Counted from the stretch's first letter, positions 23,901-37,366 are shown. The stretch is DNA of 64,000 nt from Oculina patagonica (GCF_052425735.1 NC_135771.1:9486001-9550000); one strand, 5' to 3'. Numbers and translations are program-made. Notes: generated by a model not told the origin, from the letters alone.

Positions 23901-26900
23901 ACCGGATCCGTTCCGGACCGGTCCCGTGTAAACATAGCCTTACTCAACTAGGAGGATTTACTGTATTGCATTAAGAGCAAAGGAAACCTCAGGACGATAT
24001 TGGTTACATTGGTTACTCATGAAGGAACAATATGAATGTTCAAAGATAAATGTAGATTAACTAAAATATGAGTAAAACCTCACTTTTTGCGTTTATTCCG
24101 TCGAAAAACAAATAAAGTGTAGGAAACATTTTCGTAAAACCTGACAAATACTTAGAAACTAATAAGGCCCGGTTCAGAGGCCGTACTTTTCATGAGACGA
24201 ACTCAAGGCGCGTTTACACGACTGAAAAATTTGGGTACGGACCCGTCAAAAAATTGGTCCGGACCACACCACTTTTGTAGAGAAACAGTCAAATCAAAAC
24301 GGGGCCATAGGCGCCTATGGCCCCGTTTTGATTTGACTGTTTCTCTACAAAAGTGGTGAGGTCCGGACCAATTTTTTGACGGGTCCGTACCCAATCTTCT
24401 CGCTCGTGTAAACGCGCTTTCAATTCGAATTTGGACCGACCCAAATTGACAAAAGTACGCCTCTTGATTCAGAGGCCGTACTTTTTGGCCGTTCCGAGGC
24501 CTTTCCTAATACAATTCCAATAAAAACATGCAAAATACATTATAATAATTTATGAATTAGGATCGGCACATGAAAAGTACGGCGTCTGAATCAAAGTCGT
24601 TCCAAAGGCGTTCCACAGGCGAAATTCTCGGCCAAGCCAGGCGGGAAGAACGGGTGAGCCGTTCCAAATTAAAATAGCCGTTCTAATTTGATTCAGACGC
24701 CGATCTTTTCATGTACTTAATTCAAGGAATTAGGTTTGGCTCATAAAAAGATCGGCGTCTGAACCGGGCCTAACTTATGTTTAATGGTCGCCAAACAAAA
24801 ATATGACAGTGGCTTCTGGCTTCTATAGAAAACGTTCCCATGTTTTGGGATAAGTCGATCAATAACTGTTAGTGATAAATGGAAAAATAAATTTCCTTGT
24901 GCTGCGTGGCACTTGTAAAAGTACAAAAGTATAATAAAGTTCTCACTAAATGAGTTGAAAGTGCCTTTAAAATAGTTAAAAGTTCCAGACGTTTCGGGCT
25001 AAGCCCTTCTTCAGTGGAAAGTCAGGATTTCAGTCAGTTACTGTTAGGCCCGGGCAAAACTTCGAACTTCACGTAAAACGAACTTACTGAGCGTATTAAG
25101 TTCATGATAAGTTCGACGTTTGACTCGGTTGAGTTCGTCCGACTGAATTAAATGTGAATTAAGATCGACCAACACGTTCTATCCGTCTGCGTCAAACGGA
25201 TAGTACGTGTGAAGATCGACTGTAGGACAAACGTCGATCTTTTCATGAAACGAACTTAATAAATAAAGTTTAAATTTGTATGTTATTGTATTTTTTAGCT
25301 TGGAAATATAATTTCTTGCTGCTCTGAATTTGGTTCGACGAATAATGTTCGACGTTTGACCCAACGGTCGAGCTTTACCTGTTTGGGTCGACCAAAACTG
25401 CAATTTAAATTGTCTCATGTGAAGTTCGACGTTTAGTCTGGGCCTTGCAGAACAAAATGCTCCTTGAAGGCAGTATCGCATTCAAATTTGAACACGTTTA
25501 TAGGAACATTGAGATAAAAACGTACCTTCGATTTGCTCATCAGACAACGTTAACCCTTCCTGTGTTTAACAAAAATAAGATATTTGTTATAATAAACCAT
25601 CTGAATGCAAATGATAACCCAACACAGCTAGTACCCTTGGGGTTGGCTTAATTTTACCACTAATTGTCATTTCAAGAAAACGTAAGAGCTGTTGGTTATT
25701 CTTTGCAAAAAGGTTTAAACCTTATGTCTGCAAATGACATGTAAAAATCCAGTATTGCTAAAAGCAAATACTATTACAAATACGTAGAATTAAATGGCTC
25801 CCCAGTAGTTAATTGAGAAAAGGAGAATTTTTAAAGCAACGACAACTACAACGGAACCGAGAAAGAATAGTTCAATCAAAAGACTTTACACGTGCTTTAT
25901 ACAACTTGCCGTTTTTTGCAAAACAACAAAGTGCAAAGGTGGAATTCTGCGTATTTTGGGAACGCTTATGAGATACGATGGCGATTTCTTTCGTTTTGAC
26001 GGGGGGCTTTAATTTCTGAAACCAGTTGACATACTCAATGTATGATAGGTAAAATACAATATATTATTGGCGTTGTCTGCGTCATCGCCGTCGCTATTGC
26101 CTAGGGCACTAAAATATGACATAAAAGACTGAGTTGGAGAAAAATTAAAAATACCTAATCGTTTTAGACTTAGTATGGATTTTCCAGATTACAAGCAATT
26201 AAAGAGAAAAGCCAATTACAAGATAACTTATAAAACATAATATAAAAAGGACTCGAAATTTGATGTGTTAATTTACACTTTTGTTTACGATTGAGGAGGG
26301 TCACTCTGTCATGCAGTCAAAGTAATTTGAATTGATTTCTAATGGGAATTCTTCTGGTAAATAGGATAAAAGGGCTACAGACGATTTTTCGTACTTTGGT
26401 CTAGAAAGTATGCTTATTTGCTAGCGAATCTGTCAGTTACAACGTCTATATCAACGCTGAATTTAGCGACCTGTTAAGGCAATCAATTATTAATAACTAG
26501 CTCGTCTGAAACTTAATGAGAATGTAAAATGCCAAGCACGAACGAGCGTGGTGATATTTAGTTTTTAAAGATGCATAACAAATACGCCCAGAAATGAACT
26601 TTAAATCTTCTTTACTGAAAAAAATAACCCCTAAACCTTAGCAAAGTCTGTAGCAAGTCCGTTAATAACAAAAATAGTATACAATGTAATCAGTTTCGCC
26701 ATGTTTTTAGTGCCTTAATTCACTAGTTTGAACGCACAAATCTGGTGTCTCACTAAGTCGTTCAGCAGGTGGCGAGCGTTGTTTACTAAAACCAAGGTAA
26801 CTTTTAAAATTGCAAAATAAAAATTAATGGCTACTAAATATGGCTGTCGTAGTCGAAAATCATTAGAATTAAACGAAAATCCTGAAACTTTATTTTTAAA

Positions 26901-27236
26901 TACTACAAGCTAAAGTGCTTAATGGGGCTCATTCATTTACACATCGAAACACCACGAAATTGTTATAAAAAACACATTGATGCATATTGTTTAGTTCTCT
27001 TTTCTGATGCAATTGCAAATTACTACTACTAAAAAATGTAAATACTACACGGACATAAAACTAATGAGTGAAGCTTAGCCTTCGAGCTTCTTTCCTTCCC
27101 CATTTAACTGCTAACTTTCTCGCTGATTTCTAAACGACATTAAGGCAGGTTCGACGTAATAACGACCAACTGTATTTAACGCATCATTTTGGTGCTATTA
27201 GTCCGTTAAATTTACCACAAGCCAGTCACCTACCAT
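20938..27236 (-). CDS. Calmodulin-like EF-hand protein A (165 aa, 5 exons)
   Basis: Exons 27234-27236 (ATG only), 25526-25559, 23301-23444 (144 bp), 22270-22512 and 20938-21011, all GT-AG and in frame. Protein: [33 protein letters not shown]...[12 protein letters not shown]...[12 protein letters not shown]...[10 protein letters not shown]. Confidence 0.88.
21325..21625. mobile_element. MITE-like element with CCCGGG termini
   Basis: CCCCGGGGAATCCCAT ... GGGTCTCCCCCCGGG ends; intronic. Confidence 0.5.
21813..22084. mobile_element. MITE
   Basis: TIRs CCCCTCTGTAACAGACCCAGTGGAA / TTCCACTGGGTCTGTTACAGAGGGG. Confidence 0.75.
23673..23939. mobile_element. PIF/Harbinger-type MITE
   Basis: TIRs GCCTACGTTTACACGGG / CCCGTGTAAACATAGCC with TTA TSD. 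Confidence 0.75.
24166..24770. mobile_element. PIF/Harbinger-type MITE containing a nested palindromic MITE
   Basis: TIRs GGCCCGGTTCAGA / TCTGAACCGGGCC with TAA TSD. Confidence 0.78.
24206..24419. mobile_element. Nested 214-bp near-perfect palindromic (foldback) MITE
   Basis: Hairpin centred on ATAGGCGCCTAT; TCA duplicated at 24203-24205 and 24420-24422. Confidence 0.85.
25047..25444. mobile_element. MITE related to the 24166-24770 element
   Basis: Imperfect TIRs GGCCCGGGCAAAACTTCGAACTTCAC / GTGAAGTTCGACGTTTAGTCTGGGCC. Confidence 0.65.
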
Positions 27237-27656
27237 TTTGTGTCGACTCCAGCTAACAGTTACTCCACGGATGTCACGATTTTAACTCTGCGCAGTCCAA
27301 GATCTACAGACGCAGCGTCGATTATTATTACGGTAAACTGCAAAATTGAGCAATGCAAGCTCTTCAAAGTTATTTCTCATACGCGTGTGTTTTCGCGCTT
27401 GTGATTGGTCAGCAACTTGATACCTGCACAGGATATCAAGCATGCGCAGAATATTGAAAAGTCAGCTCAATTGACAAAATAAACCGAAATAGACAGAACC
27501 CATAAATTTTATGTTGTCAGTATTGGCTATTATATCAAGTGAAATCTTTTTCGATAATTTCAATTTTGACAAACGTAACATTTTAGGCATAATTCCAAAG
27601 TTTAAAAAATTGCAGGAGCGGGGGATTACCCTTTTCAAGGTATAGAAGTTGAGATA

Positions 27657-27989
27657 CCGTAAAATTGCGGTTATAAGCCCTCCCGCTTATAAGCCCCCCT
27701 GGTTATAGGCCCATCTATCTGGAAAACAAAAAAATACATCCGATTATAAGCCCCCCCGGATATAAGCCCCCCTCTGCTTGATGACAGTAATGAACAGAGC
27801 TAATTGTTGCTTTATTATGCGTTTTTTACTTAAAAACATATTTCGTTGAACACTACCGTGGCTCATTTCAAAACGTTCTTTTTATTCCACTTATAAGCCC
27901 TCCCGGATATAAGCCCGTCCGTTTATAAGCCCACCCAAAACCTCTTACGAACTTGTATAAGCCCAGGGCTTATAACCGGAATTTTACGG
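27657..27989. mobile_element. MITE (TA flanks) between the two calmodulin-like genes
   Basis: TIRs CCGTAAAATT...TATAAGCCC / GGGCTTATA...AATTTTACGG, TA flanks, many internal TATAAGCCC copies. Confidence 0.8.
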
Positions 27990-28020
27990 TATATTGCTAG
28001 TCGCGGCAACAATACCACCG

Positions 28021-28092
28021 TGACGTCACCCACGAATGACGCAAATTGCGAACAAGACACCCTCTGATGTCTTCTGTTTCGCCTTTATATAA
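28021..28092 (+). promoter_or_regulatory. Candidate CRE + TATA promoter for calmodulin-like gene B
   Basis: TGACGTCA at 28021-28028, TGACGCAA at about 28037 and TATATAA at 28086-28092. The CRE motif also occurs elsewhere in the window, so support is weak. Confidence 0.3.
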
Positions 28093-28705
28093 TAGTGAGC
28101 TGCTTCAAAACTATTTCATCGTTTAGACACTGACAGCATCCACATCTGAAGGAAAACCTTCTTAGTGATAAGAGCATAAACAAGCTGTGTTTCCAACATG
28201 TCACAGCAGGGGATTTGGCACTATTTGTCCCTTTCCAATTTTTTTAAGAATTAAAATTTAACCATGTCAGTAACAGAAGTACATTGTGTGGAGAACTTTT
28301 AAGCTTGTAAAATACCCGACAATAAATAATAGAACACAACATCGCCATTTGACCTCACTTACGACTTCATCAGTTAACTTAGTTAAAACCTTAGTATTTT
28401 GTATTTCCATGGGAAACAAACTCTTACCTTAATTGAGCTGAAACATATTCCGAGATATTTTACCATCGCAATTCGCATTTTTGTACTCGACTATTGGTTA
28501 ACTATGCTGAAAACCAAAGTGTATCATTTTATTAATGCACTTTACAAAAAAGCGCTTTTATGATTGATGACAGCATTATGTCAGAAGCATAAGAAGTATC
28601 TTCTCAGAAGTACACTACATATAATAATTTGAAGAGCGGCCGCAGTAAAGCAAGGAGGCTACTAGCTGTCGGCATAATTGCGGTCAATATTTTTACAAGG
28701 AACTC

Positions 28706-31700
28706 ATGGTACGTTATTCTGTTTTTCTTTTTATGTTACGTTTGAATTCTGTATTATCATTTTCTAACCGAAATATAGGCTCTGCGCTTCAATATTTCCG
28801 TCTCGACTCGCTTATGAGGCACTGCCGGTTGAAACGGAATTAATGCAAATTTTTTAAAGGCATCCCTCAATTTTTCTGCCGTGTAAGTTAAATTATTGTA
28901 CAAAGTTGAAAAACACGTTGAACTTAACAAACCGACTGTACGAAACAAGTAACTCTATGTGATCTAGCTAAGCCATATTTAATATATTCTTTCTTTTTCC
29001 TTGCAATTAAAAAATAATATTAACAAAATCGATTATCTTTTCTCCTGGCTTCACTAAACACAATAACAAGGTTTTCAGCTTTTCCTAGTTATAAAAAATT
29101 AAAGTAACTATTTTGTATTCATAAAAATTTCATCGGTGTGTAAAAATGTCGGCTTTTAGTTGAATTTCACTTCTTGCTCATTAGAACTTCCAATCATATA
29201 GACGTGTGGTACATTGCAGTCAACTATATAGTTAGTATGCAGCAATTGTATAAAAAGCGCATAAGAATTTAAGCATGCTGTTTCAAAGCTTTAAACAGTC
29301 TTTTGCGGGAAGCTTCTGTAAACTGACTCAAAATAGAAGCGACTTTCTTAACAAAATGAGAGCTGCTATATTAACAAATAAAACTCCCAGTCATTTGTTC
29401 CGGGTTTTCTCTAAAATGTTACTGAAATAACACATTTAAAAAGGAGAGACACTGCACAAAACACGTTCTCATAGTGTATTGTAGGTTATGGCAAAACATT
29501 GTTGCATTTTGTAATTCATCGAGCAGTCCTTATTATAATACTACAATGTCACATTTTGAAATAAAATCCCCTAAAGTAACTTACAAGGCAGAAATTCCTT
29601 TCCTTTTGCCTGGCGTTGTATCGCGGCTCCTGCCAATTTGTACAAATTGATCAATTGCTTTTTCCCCCGGTACATTTACAGTTCGAATGCGCTCTAGGTG
29701 TCATATAGACATTGAATATTATAAAAATAAAATAAAATCACTCTATTTATGTGTCAGTGTATTAAGCATTGTTGTGCTAACTGAGGAAACTGTAAATAGA
29801 TAAACACATATTACAAATCGAACAAAAAACTTGTTAAAAAAACCAACTGTCAGGATGCTGACCAGTTGGCTATTTACAAAGCGTAGAGGAGTTGAATTCG
29901 GTACCCTGATGCACTGTTTCGTTTGCCTATTTTTATTCACAGGAAAAACTATCGCGTGAAGAAGTACAAGGTTGGTATTATTTTAGCGTTATTTGGTCCG
30001 TTCGCAGGCTCTCCTGCTCGCAGGTTAAGCGTGATTCTAAAAAAAAAGCCGACACACATACATCGATACTACTGTCTTTGAAAATAATTAGAAGTGAAGA
30101 TGCAATACGTACATTGATCAGAATACATATGTCCTTTAGGAATAGTAACAGGAGACTAACTGATAACGTGATAGTAACAGGAGGCAAACTGTATATATGG
30201 ACATTCCAGCTTTGTCTTGGATTACTTCGACCCAATCATGTCAACTACCTTTTATATTATGTCACGTTCCTTTATCAATTTTTTTTCACAGCATGAAAAC
30301 ATAACTTTACTGTGGTAAAACGCGCAAGTAAAGCTGGCGTAAATTTGGAATTTAATAAGCTTTACGGTAACCTTTTCATTTTTTGAAGCTGACCTTTATG
30401 CCAACTTTACACTCAAGTTTAAAGGCAGTTAAAAAACTCATTAATAATTCATAAAGAAAATACAAAAGAAATTAATGTTTAATGAGTGTCTTTATATCTG
30501 ATAAAGACACGGCTAAACTTTACGTCCAATTTTCTAGGCCAAAATAACCCCTAATCTAAATATTAGTGCAAGAACGAGTTGATCTACATCAGAAGATTTT
30601 TAAGCCGTTCAATAAATTCGCAGTTCGTGTTTTATCAAGTCTAAAACACTCGGCTGCGCCTCGTGTTTTAAACTTGATAAAACACTGCTGCTCATTTATT
30701 AAACATTACATAAAGAAACACTTTACACCAACTTTAAATCACATTTACACGCGGTAGCGTAAAGGTCGTTTTAACCACCTTTAACAACATTTAATTTATG
30801 GTGTGAAGTTGGATAACCAACTTTACACCAGATTTAACCACCCGGCTTTAATTTCACGTAAATCCCAATTTCCATGCTGCGTTTATTTGTTGTTATTTAG
30901 CATGCGATCGTTCATATTCTCAGAATACCTTGAGGTCTTTGAATACTTTGGCCAGGACAAGAATGGAAAGATATCAACAAAGCAACTCAGGCAGGCAATG
31001 CGCATGGTCGGCCTCAACCCAACTGACCAGCAGATACAGGCTCTTATTAATGAAAAGGAATACGATGGTAAGTTTAATGCACAACCACTTATTTAATGTT
31101 ACTGACTGTTATTCACTTATTTAATGTTCATTGACACTGCAATGCCTTTATCCTGGCTTGCGTCTCCGTTTGGCCAGGACTTGCGTGCACTTGCGTTGAC
31201 TTGCGTTCACTTTCGACGAGATAAAATTTGCACTTAAGTAAACACAAGGTTTTCACCGTTTGGCCACCGATCGCAAGTCAACGTTTTATTGTAGTTTAGT
31301 TCAAATGCTGAAGCACCTCGTAGCATTTTTTATGATCATGACTTTTTGCAAACTTGTCTACACTTGCGTTTCCGTTTGGCCACCCTACACAAGTCTGTAC
31401 GCAAGTTTAATTTGCAATTACTTGCGTTAACCTGCGTTACCGGATCCATGGCTAATGGTTAAAAAGAAAAATCATGACGAGCGCGCCAACGACAAAGGTT
31501 TAATAAGCCGTGCATTAGCTCTCTATCATTTGCAAAACAACAACGCGAATTGACCATATTCTGTTTTTTTAATTTTGTCTGTTTCATCTTTTTCTGACAT
31601 TTTTTTTATTTTTGTTTCCTTTGTTTTTTTTTTCCTTCTCTTTAATCTATCAGAACGGAGCAAAAACCAGTCTTAAAGGACCCTAGTCGGCCATCCCTTT

Positions 31701-33662
31701 GTTTTTGTTGACAAACGGGATTTGCGATATTGGCTGCGGTCACATCTACGACGTAACTGAAGTTTAACTATAGTTAGTCTCAAGTTACGTGACGTCATAC
31801 CTAACTATAGTTAGTGCTTTCTGTCGTCTTTGCGGTCACACCAATGCAGTTAACTAGTTAGTTATGATTAGCTTTCGAATAATTTCGAATTTAAATTAGT
31901 TTATGACAACCCTTGTTGTTGATCTGTGTCTAGTTGTTCCTCTATTTGTTTCTATTTTTGCACGGCATCTCGGCGTTGAAGAAAATAAAATGAAGTAAGG
32001 ATGCTAGACGCCGAAGAATTCAAGCTTTACTTTTGCTAACATTAGTGATATGCAATTTTTTGGCATGTTGTTTTTCTTTGCATATTTATGTTCATCTCGC
32101 ACGTGCGAAAAGAATTGTCGCATTCTGATTGGTTTTTCGTTTGTAAACTTAAGACTAACCCATGAAACCTGCTTGGGTATAACTATAGTTAGTGTGTATT
32201 GTTTTGGATCAGCGAGGCGTAAATTTTCTAACTATAGTTAGGGTGAACGAAGAGGCGGTCACATTAGCGAAATAGCTAACTATAGTTAACGTCGTCTTAA
32301 CTATAGTTAGCAGTCTAGATGTGACCGCAGCCATTATGTCTAAACGAAAGAGATCACAGTGAAATTGCTTAAGGTAATTTAACAGACTTCCACTAAAACA
32401 ACCTGAGGCGATGCAATAGGATTTCTTTTCATACTGTATATAACATCGTTGGCATCGAAAATGGCGGATTCACGGATTTTAAGGAGTTATCCTTTGTGAC
32501 CATATGACTTACGTACGGGCCTAGCCCCAGCATTGGCCGTTTTCACACTAGAAACGGACAAATCGTTGACGGACAAGTCGTCTGAAGATTTGTTCGTCTA
32601 GTGTGAATTTAAGACGGCTTTTTTGACGACTTGTCCGTCTAGGCGACCAATTTGTCCTTGAAAAATCGTCTTCCTAGACGGCCAAATCGACGGACAAATT
32701 CAGACGACTTGTACGTTTTCACACTAAGACGATTTGTCCGTCGAGACGATTTGTCCGTCTCTAGTGTGAAAACGGCCATTGCTTTGTTGGTCATGTATTC
32801 GAGCGTCGCTTTATTAAAGCTTGCCTGTTTTATAATCGACATCGTATTTTATTTGTTTTCGTCAGGTGATGGTTTCCTAGTCTTTTCTGATTTTATCAAA
32901 ACCACGGAGGAGTACAAGAAACCTGATACTGAAAACGACCTTATCATGGCCTTCAGGGTATTTGATCCTGATAATAAAGGATTCGTTGAAGCAAAGGAGT
33001 TAAAGAAAGCTTTCCTGAGACTCAAAGATATCGCAAAAGAAAAAATCGAAGACGTTTTGGAGGCAGTAAATCTTGTAGATGATAGGCGGCACATTTATTT
33101 TGACGGTGCGTTTATAACAAAAAGCATTTGAACTTAATTTTGCGAGGTCTTTGCTTATGCGCCTTGAATGTAAAAAAGAAACAATCACTTTAGTTTATTG
33201 TTTTAGTTTTTATCGGGTAGTAAGTGCATTGGTTTAATTTGTAAAAGGCTAATGAGCTATAAAAAAGAGCGTTCACAGCGAAATTACTTAAGTATTGCCA
33301 ACCGAGGTGGCCTTCCCTATAAGCCTGGTGGTTTCCTCAGGGTCTCCTCGTCTTATCTACTATAGTTATTGTTGTAATAATTCATTTCAAAAGTGGCTAA
33401 TAAATGATGATGACGATGATGATGATGATAATGATGATAAAAAAGTAGTGACTTTTGAAATAAAATTTTCCTTTTTTGCATCATTTCATGACCAAGTATA
33501 AGTAGTTCACAAAGGTATAAAACAATATGCTGCATGTCAAATGTTGTAAACAAAAATTAAACCCATTTTCCTTATTTTTTGTATGTTTTTTTTTTCTCTT
33601 CAGAATTTTCAAGGCTTTTGGTTCCTCTGATCAACAGAGATCTGGACATAATCTGCTTGTAA
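28706..33662 (+). CDS. Calmodulin-like EF-hand protein B (157 aa, 5 exons), mostly degenerate EF loops
   Basis: Exons 28706-28708 (ATG, least certain), 29943-29970, 30924-31067 (144 bp), 32866-33105 and 33604-33662. Protein: MEKLSREEVQEYLEVFEYFGQDKNGKISTKQ...[17 protein letters not shown]...RDLDIICL*. Confidence 0.82.
31732..32332. mobile_element. MITE with ATT TSD
   Basis: TIRs GGCTGCGGTCACATCTA / TAGATGTGACCGCAGCC; internal TAACTATAGTTA palindromes. Confidence 0.8.
32535..32777. mobile_element. MITE with ATT TSD
   Basis: TIRs GGCCGTTTTCACACTAGA / TCTAGTGTGAAAACGGCC. Confidence 0.82.
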
Positions 33663-34472
33663 CGAACATATTTAAAAGGTGGACAACATTATTCACTGAA
33701 TATTGACATAATTCGAATCACAGGGGACCGAAAATACAGAATTACAACGAAAGGCTGGCAACTGATTGACTGCGTTTTTTCTCATTTATTTTGTTGTGGG
33801 CATCATTATTTTGGTAATTCCCGATTGATTAAACATTGCTAGTAACTTATATCGATATTATAAGTTCTGAGAATTCGATAAAAGGTCTCTTGCATTACTG
33901 TAAAGTTAGATCGCAAAAAGAAGATCCTCTAAGCGACCCTCTTATCCTAAACAGAGACCCAAAAGGGCTTAGGGTTCCATGCAAGGGCTTCAGGCACCCC
34001 CAAAAATCAACGCTTCGGCTCAGGCTCTGCGACGAACGTTTTTCATGTCTCCAATTTCTGTGGCAAAATAATGTAGGGCTCTAAGCAGCAACACTGACGA
34101 CGGGGCTTCAGGCTCCCGGATCCCCCCCCCCCCCCCCTTTCAGGAGCCTGTCTAGAGAGTCGGTCAAAATAAAGGCGAGGATAAATATGCGACATTACGT
34201 TAGTCTTAAATAAAACCTATAAAAGTAGATCTCAGCTTGGTTTACAAAGGGAAACGTGAACTTGGAAACAAGTGCCAATCGAGGAATTGTATTTACGCGG
34301 ACTTCAGCTATTGATCGTTTATTTCCCACAAGTAAACTTGACATACAATAAAGGCGGTAGATCTGGCTAGTACAAAAGATCCCGCTTTATGTGTTTAAAA
34401 AAAAGGAACTTAAGAAAAGGCCAGAATGCTGCTTGCAGTGGGATTGTTAAGGCAACTTTCGGCCTAAAAATA

Positions 34473-34966
34473 CAGTCGAAGCTCTCGTAAGCGGACACCC
34501 TCGGGACGCGAAAAAAGTGTCCGTAACTGGAGTTGGCCGCTTACGAAAATGGTTCTCGTACGCGGCCAGTAGAGGTGTACGGGATAGAGGGCTTCTTACG
34601 GGAGCTTGCCCAGCTAACAATAACTGACCAGACGGACGTGGATGACGAAAAAACAAGCACTGAAATATGGTACTGTAATTTTTGTTAAATCATTGTGACG
34701 AACGGCGATGAGAAGTTGATTGATAAAAACAAAAAACAGAGGTTTTTGTAGGATTTTCATCGGGGTGTCCGCTTATTGGAGCTTAAAAACAAAGAAAAAG
34801 TCTAAGTCGTAATCTTTGAAAGTATCCGCGGCCGCTTACGGGAATGTCCGCTTACGAAAAAGTAAAAATACAGAGTTTGTATGGGAGTTAAAACGGGGTT
34901 TCAAACAAGGTGGCCGTAAGTAGAGCTGTCCGCTTACGAGAGTGTCCGTTAAGAGAGCTTTGACTG
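34473..34966. mobile_element. Tc1/mariner-type MITE
   Basis: TA flanks; TIRs CAGTCGAAGCTCTCGTAAGCGGACAC / GTGTCCGTTAAGAGAGCTTTGACTG. Confidence 0.78.
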
Positions 34967-36343
34967 TAGCACATGACTGGGCTAGGAAAGCGAGGCAAGT
35001 GAAGTGTTGTAGTAAAGTAAAGCAGGTGAACTGAAGTGTGGTTATTTTAATTTGTTTTTGTTGTTTGCCTATTCTTGTACAAAGAAACTGATACCTTTTT
35101 GTTTTTGACAAGATTTGAAAGATTTAAAATAATATGATTTTTTAGTAGAAGCCGGTTAAATGAAATCGGTCGTTCCGTGAGTGCTGCTCGACTTCAAATT
35201 TGCATCACTGAATGCCAAGCTACATTTTCGTAAGGCAAAAAAGTTAGGGACTTCATTAGTCAAAAGAAAAAATAACGACAGAAAAAATTCAAATTGCTAA
35301 AATAAATGACATATGAACAAACATATTTCCTGAAATCGGCTTTAATTACAGCCAAAATTGCATCAATGACGTATGTTCAGATGGACTTCGCGGTTATGAA
35401 GTAACCGATGCTTTCAAGATTTACTTTGAAGACAAGCGTAAAAACAAACAAATTTAAAGCAATTATTGTGGCAAGAATCGAAAACCTTGCTTGCTATGGT
35501 ACATTATGAGTCGAAACGAAACGAGAGAGCGGGGAATATTGACAAGAATTTGACAGCGCTCAGCAAGTGCAACAAGCTGATACAATAAGCTTTCAAAAGC
35601 TTTCAAAATTTATCTCGCAATAAAACAAAAGTAACATTATTGTTTTTGACCAAACAAGGAAAATTTCCAGTCGGCTTGGGTGAAATTCGCATTTTTGGAC
35701 AAAATGAAGCTATACCAAGGTAAATTTAATAAACCAAGGTTAAATTCGCGGCATTTTTTGGCCTTTGCCGGCTTTACAAGTTAAGTCAAGTCAAGTGGCG
35801 ATGTTATGACGCACAACACTGAAAAATAATTAAAACGAACTGTCTGTGTTGACTTCGGAGTAAGCGGTTAAATTACAAAGCTCTTTGCGCTTTTCGTTTT
35901 TGAATGACGCAGTGTTTAGGAAAAATTGTTTTCAGTGGAGTGTTGTACTGGTACGGTTCTAGTCACACTTTAGAGACTTAAGGGGTTTACAATTGTCTAC
36001 AATGACAAAGTCCAAAATTTACAAGACAGTTACTTTGGAGTTAACATGGTACACTCATTCGTCAAAGTTGATAAATCTGCCATTCTAAAAGAAACGATAT
36101 AGGGTTCATATTAAAGAGGATGCTGAGGGCTTAATCGTCGGCAATGAAGTGACGTTTCCCATGCAAATAATAATTACTTGTGGAAAATGATCTGGAACGC
36201 CTCCAAAAGGTTGTCAATATTTCAATTTCAAGGCCAACTGAACCATCTGTTAAAAAGCAACAGCAAAAAAATCATTTGTTGAAGCAAGTGTTGAGTTTAT
36301 ACTTCTATAGGCGCGTTGTGGAAAGAAGAGTTATTCCTGATTG

Positions 36344-37366
36344 ATGGCTAATAACACCTCGACTCAAGATCTCCCTCATGTCCAATCATGTTTTCATTTA
36401 TCAGATCCAAATTTCGACAAAGTTTCAGAACGTTTTATTATAAACCTTGCAACGGCCATTATCAACATTATTGCCTCTCCTTTTGCAGTGATATCCAACT
36501 CTTTAATTGTCATTACTATCTTTAGCAGTTCGCGTCTACGGACGCCTTCAAATCTCTTCATAGGATGCCTGGCGCTCTCTGATGTCTTTGTTGGCCTTGC
36601 AGTACAACCAGGTTACATTTGTTTTAGACTCATGGAAAACCAGCATCGTTCGGTTCCCTGTTTTGTAAGGGTTACATATGCCAATGCATTTTTCGTTTGT
36701 TGCGGAGTGTCATTTATGACTCTAAGTGCTGTAACCTACGAACGTTTAGTAGCGGTGCGACTTCGGGCAAGATACAATGATGTGTTTACAGCAAAACGTG
36801 TCCTCAAGTTTATGGCGGCTATTTGGATCGTGAACATTATATTAACAAGCTTGCAATGGGTAGGAATAAGCCAAATAATAAAAGGCATACATTACATTAT
36901 ATGGTTTCTCTGTCTTCTGGGTTCTGTGCTTGCAAATATTGGAATCAGTTTGATTCTGCGTCGACATCATCGCCAATTACAGCCTCACAGCACGATCCCA
37001 GAAGATATCCGAAGACAAAGAGAACTGAGGCTAACAAGAAACATCTCAATCATTGTTGGAGTGTATTTGTTGCTTAACATGCCTCTTTTGTTTATAAAAA
37101 TGTATCGGCACATTTTCAGGCAAGCCATTAATTCTTACAACCACTATAGTTGGACAGAAACTCTTGCATTTCTGAACTCATGCACAAATCCATTACTCTG
37201 CTACTGGAAGAATCGGCAAATTCGTCACTGCATTAAAACGATTCCAGAAAGAATAGCTTGTCACTTGGTGGACAGTGAAGAAAACATGCACAGTCCTAAA
37301 TATAACAGTAGTAGTGTTACTAAATATACGGCGAATACAGCAGAAGTGTCAGTCGGTTTACAATGA
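36344..37366 (+). CDS. Orphan class A GPCR, copy 1 (340 aa, single coding exon)
   Basis: 7TM; LRTPSNLFIGCLALSD, YERL, LNMP, LNSCTNPLLCYW. Splice acceptor at about 36310 upstream of the ATG. Confidence 0.9.
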   Translation: MANNTSTQDLPHVQSCFHLSDPNFDKVSERFIINLATAIINIIASPFAVISNSLIVITIFSSSRLRTPSNLFIGCLALSDVFVGLAVQPGYICFRLMENQHRSVPCFVRVTYANAFFVCCGVSFMTLSAVTYERLVAVRLRARYNDVFTAKRVLKFMAAIWIVNIILTSLQWVGISQIIKGIHYIIWFLCLLGSVLANIGISLILRRHHRQLQPHSTIPEDIRRQRELRLTRNISIIVGVYLLLNMPLLFIKMYRHIFRQAINSYNHYSWTETLAFLNSCTNPLLCYWKNRQIRHCIKTIPERIACHLVDSEENMHSPKYNSSSVTKYTANTAEVSVGLQ

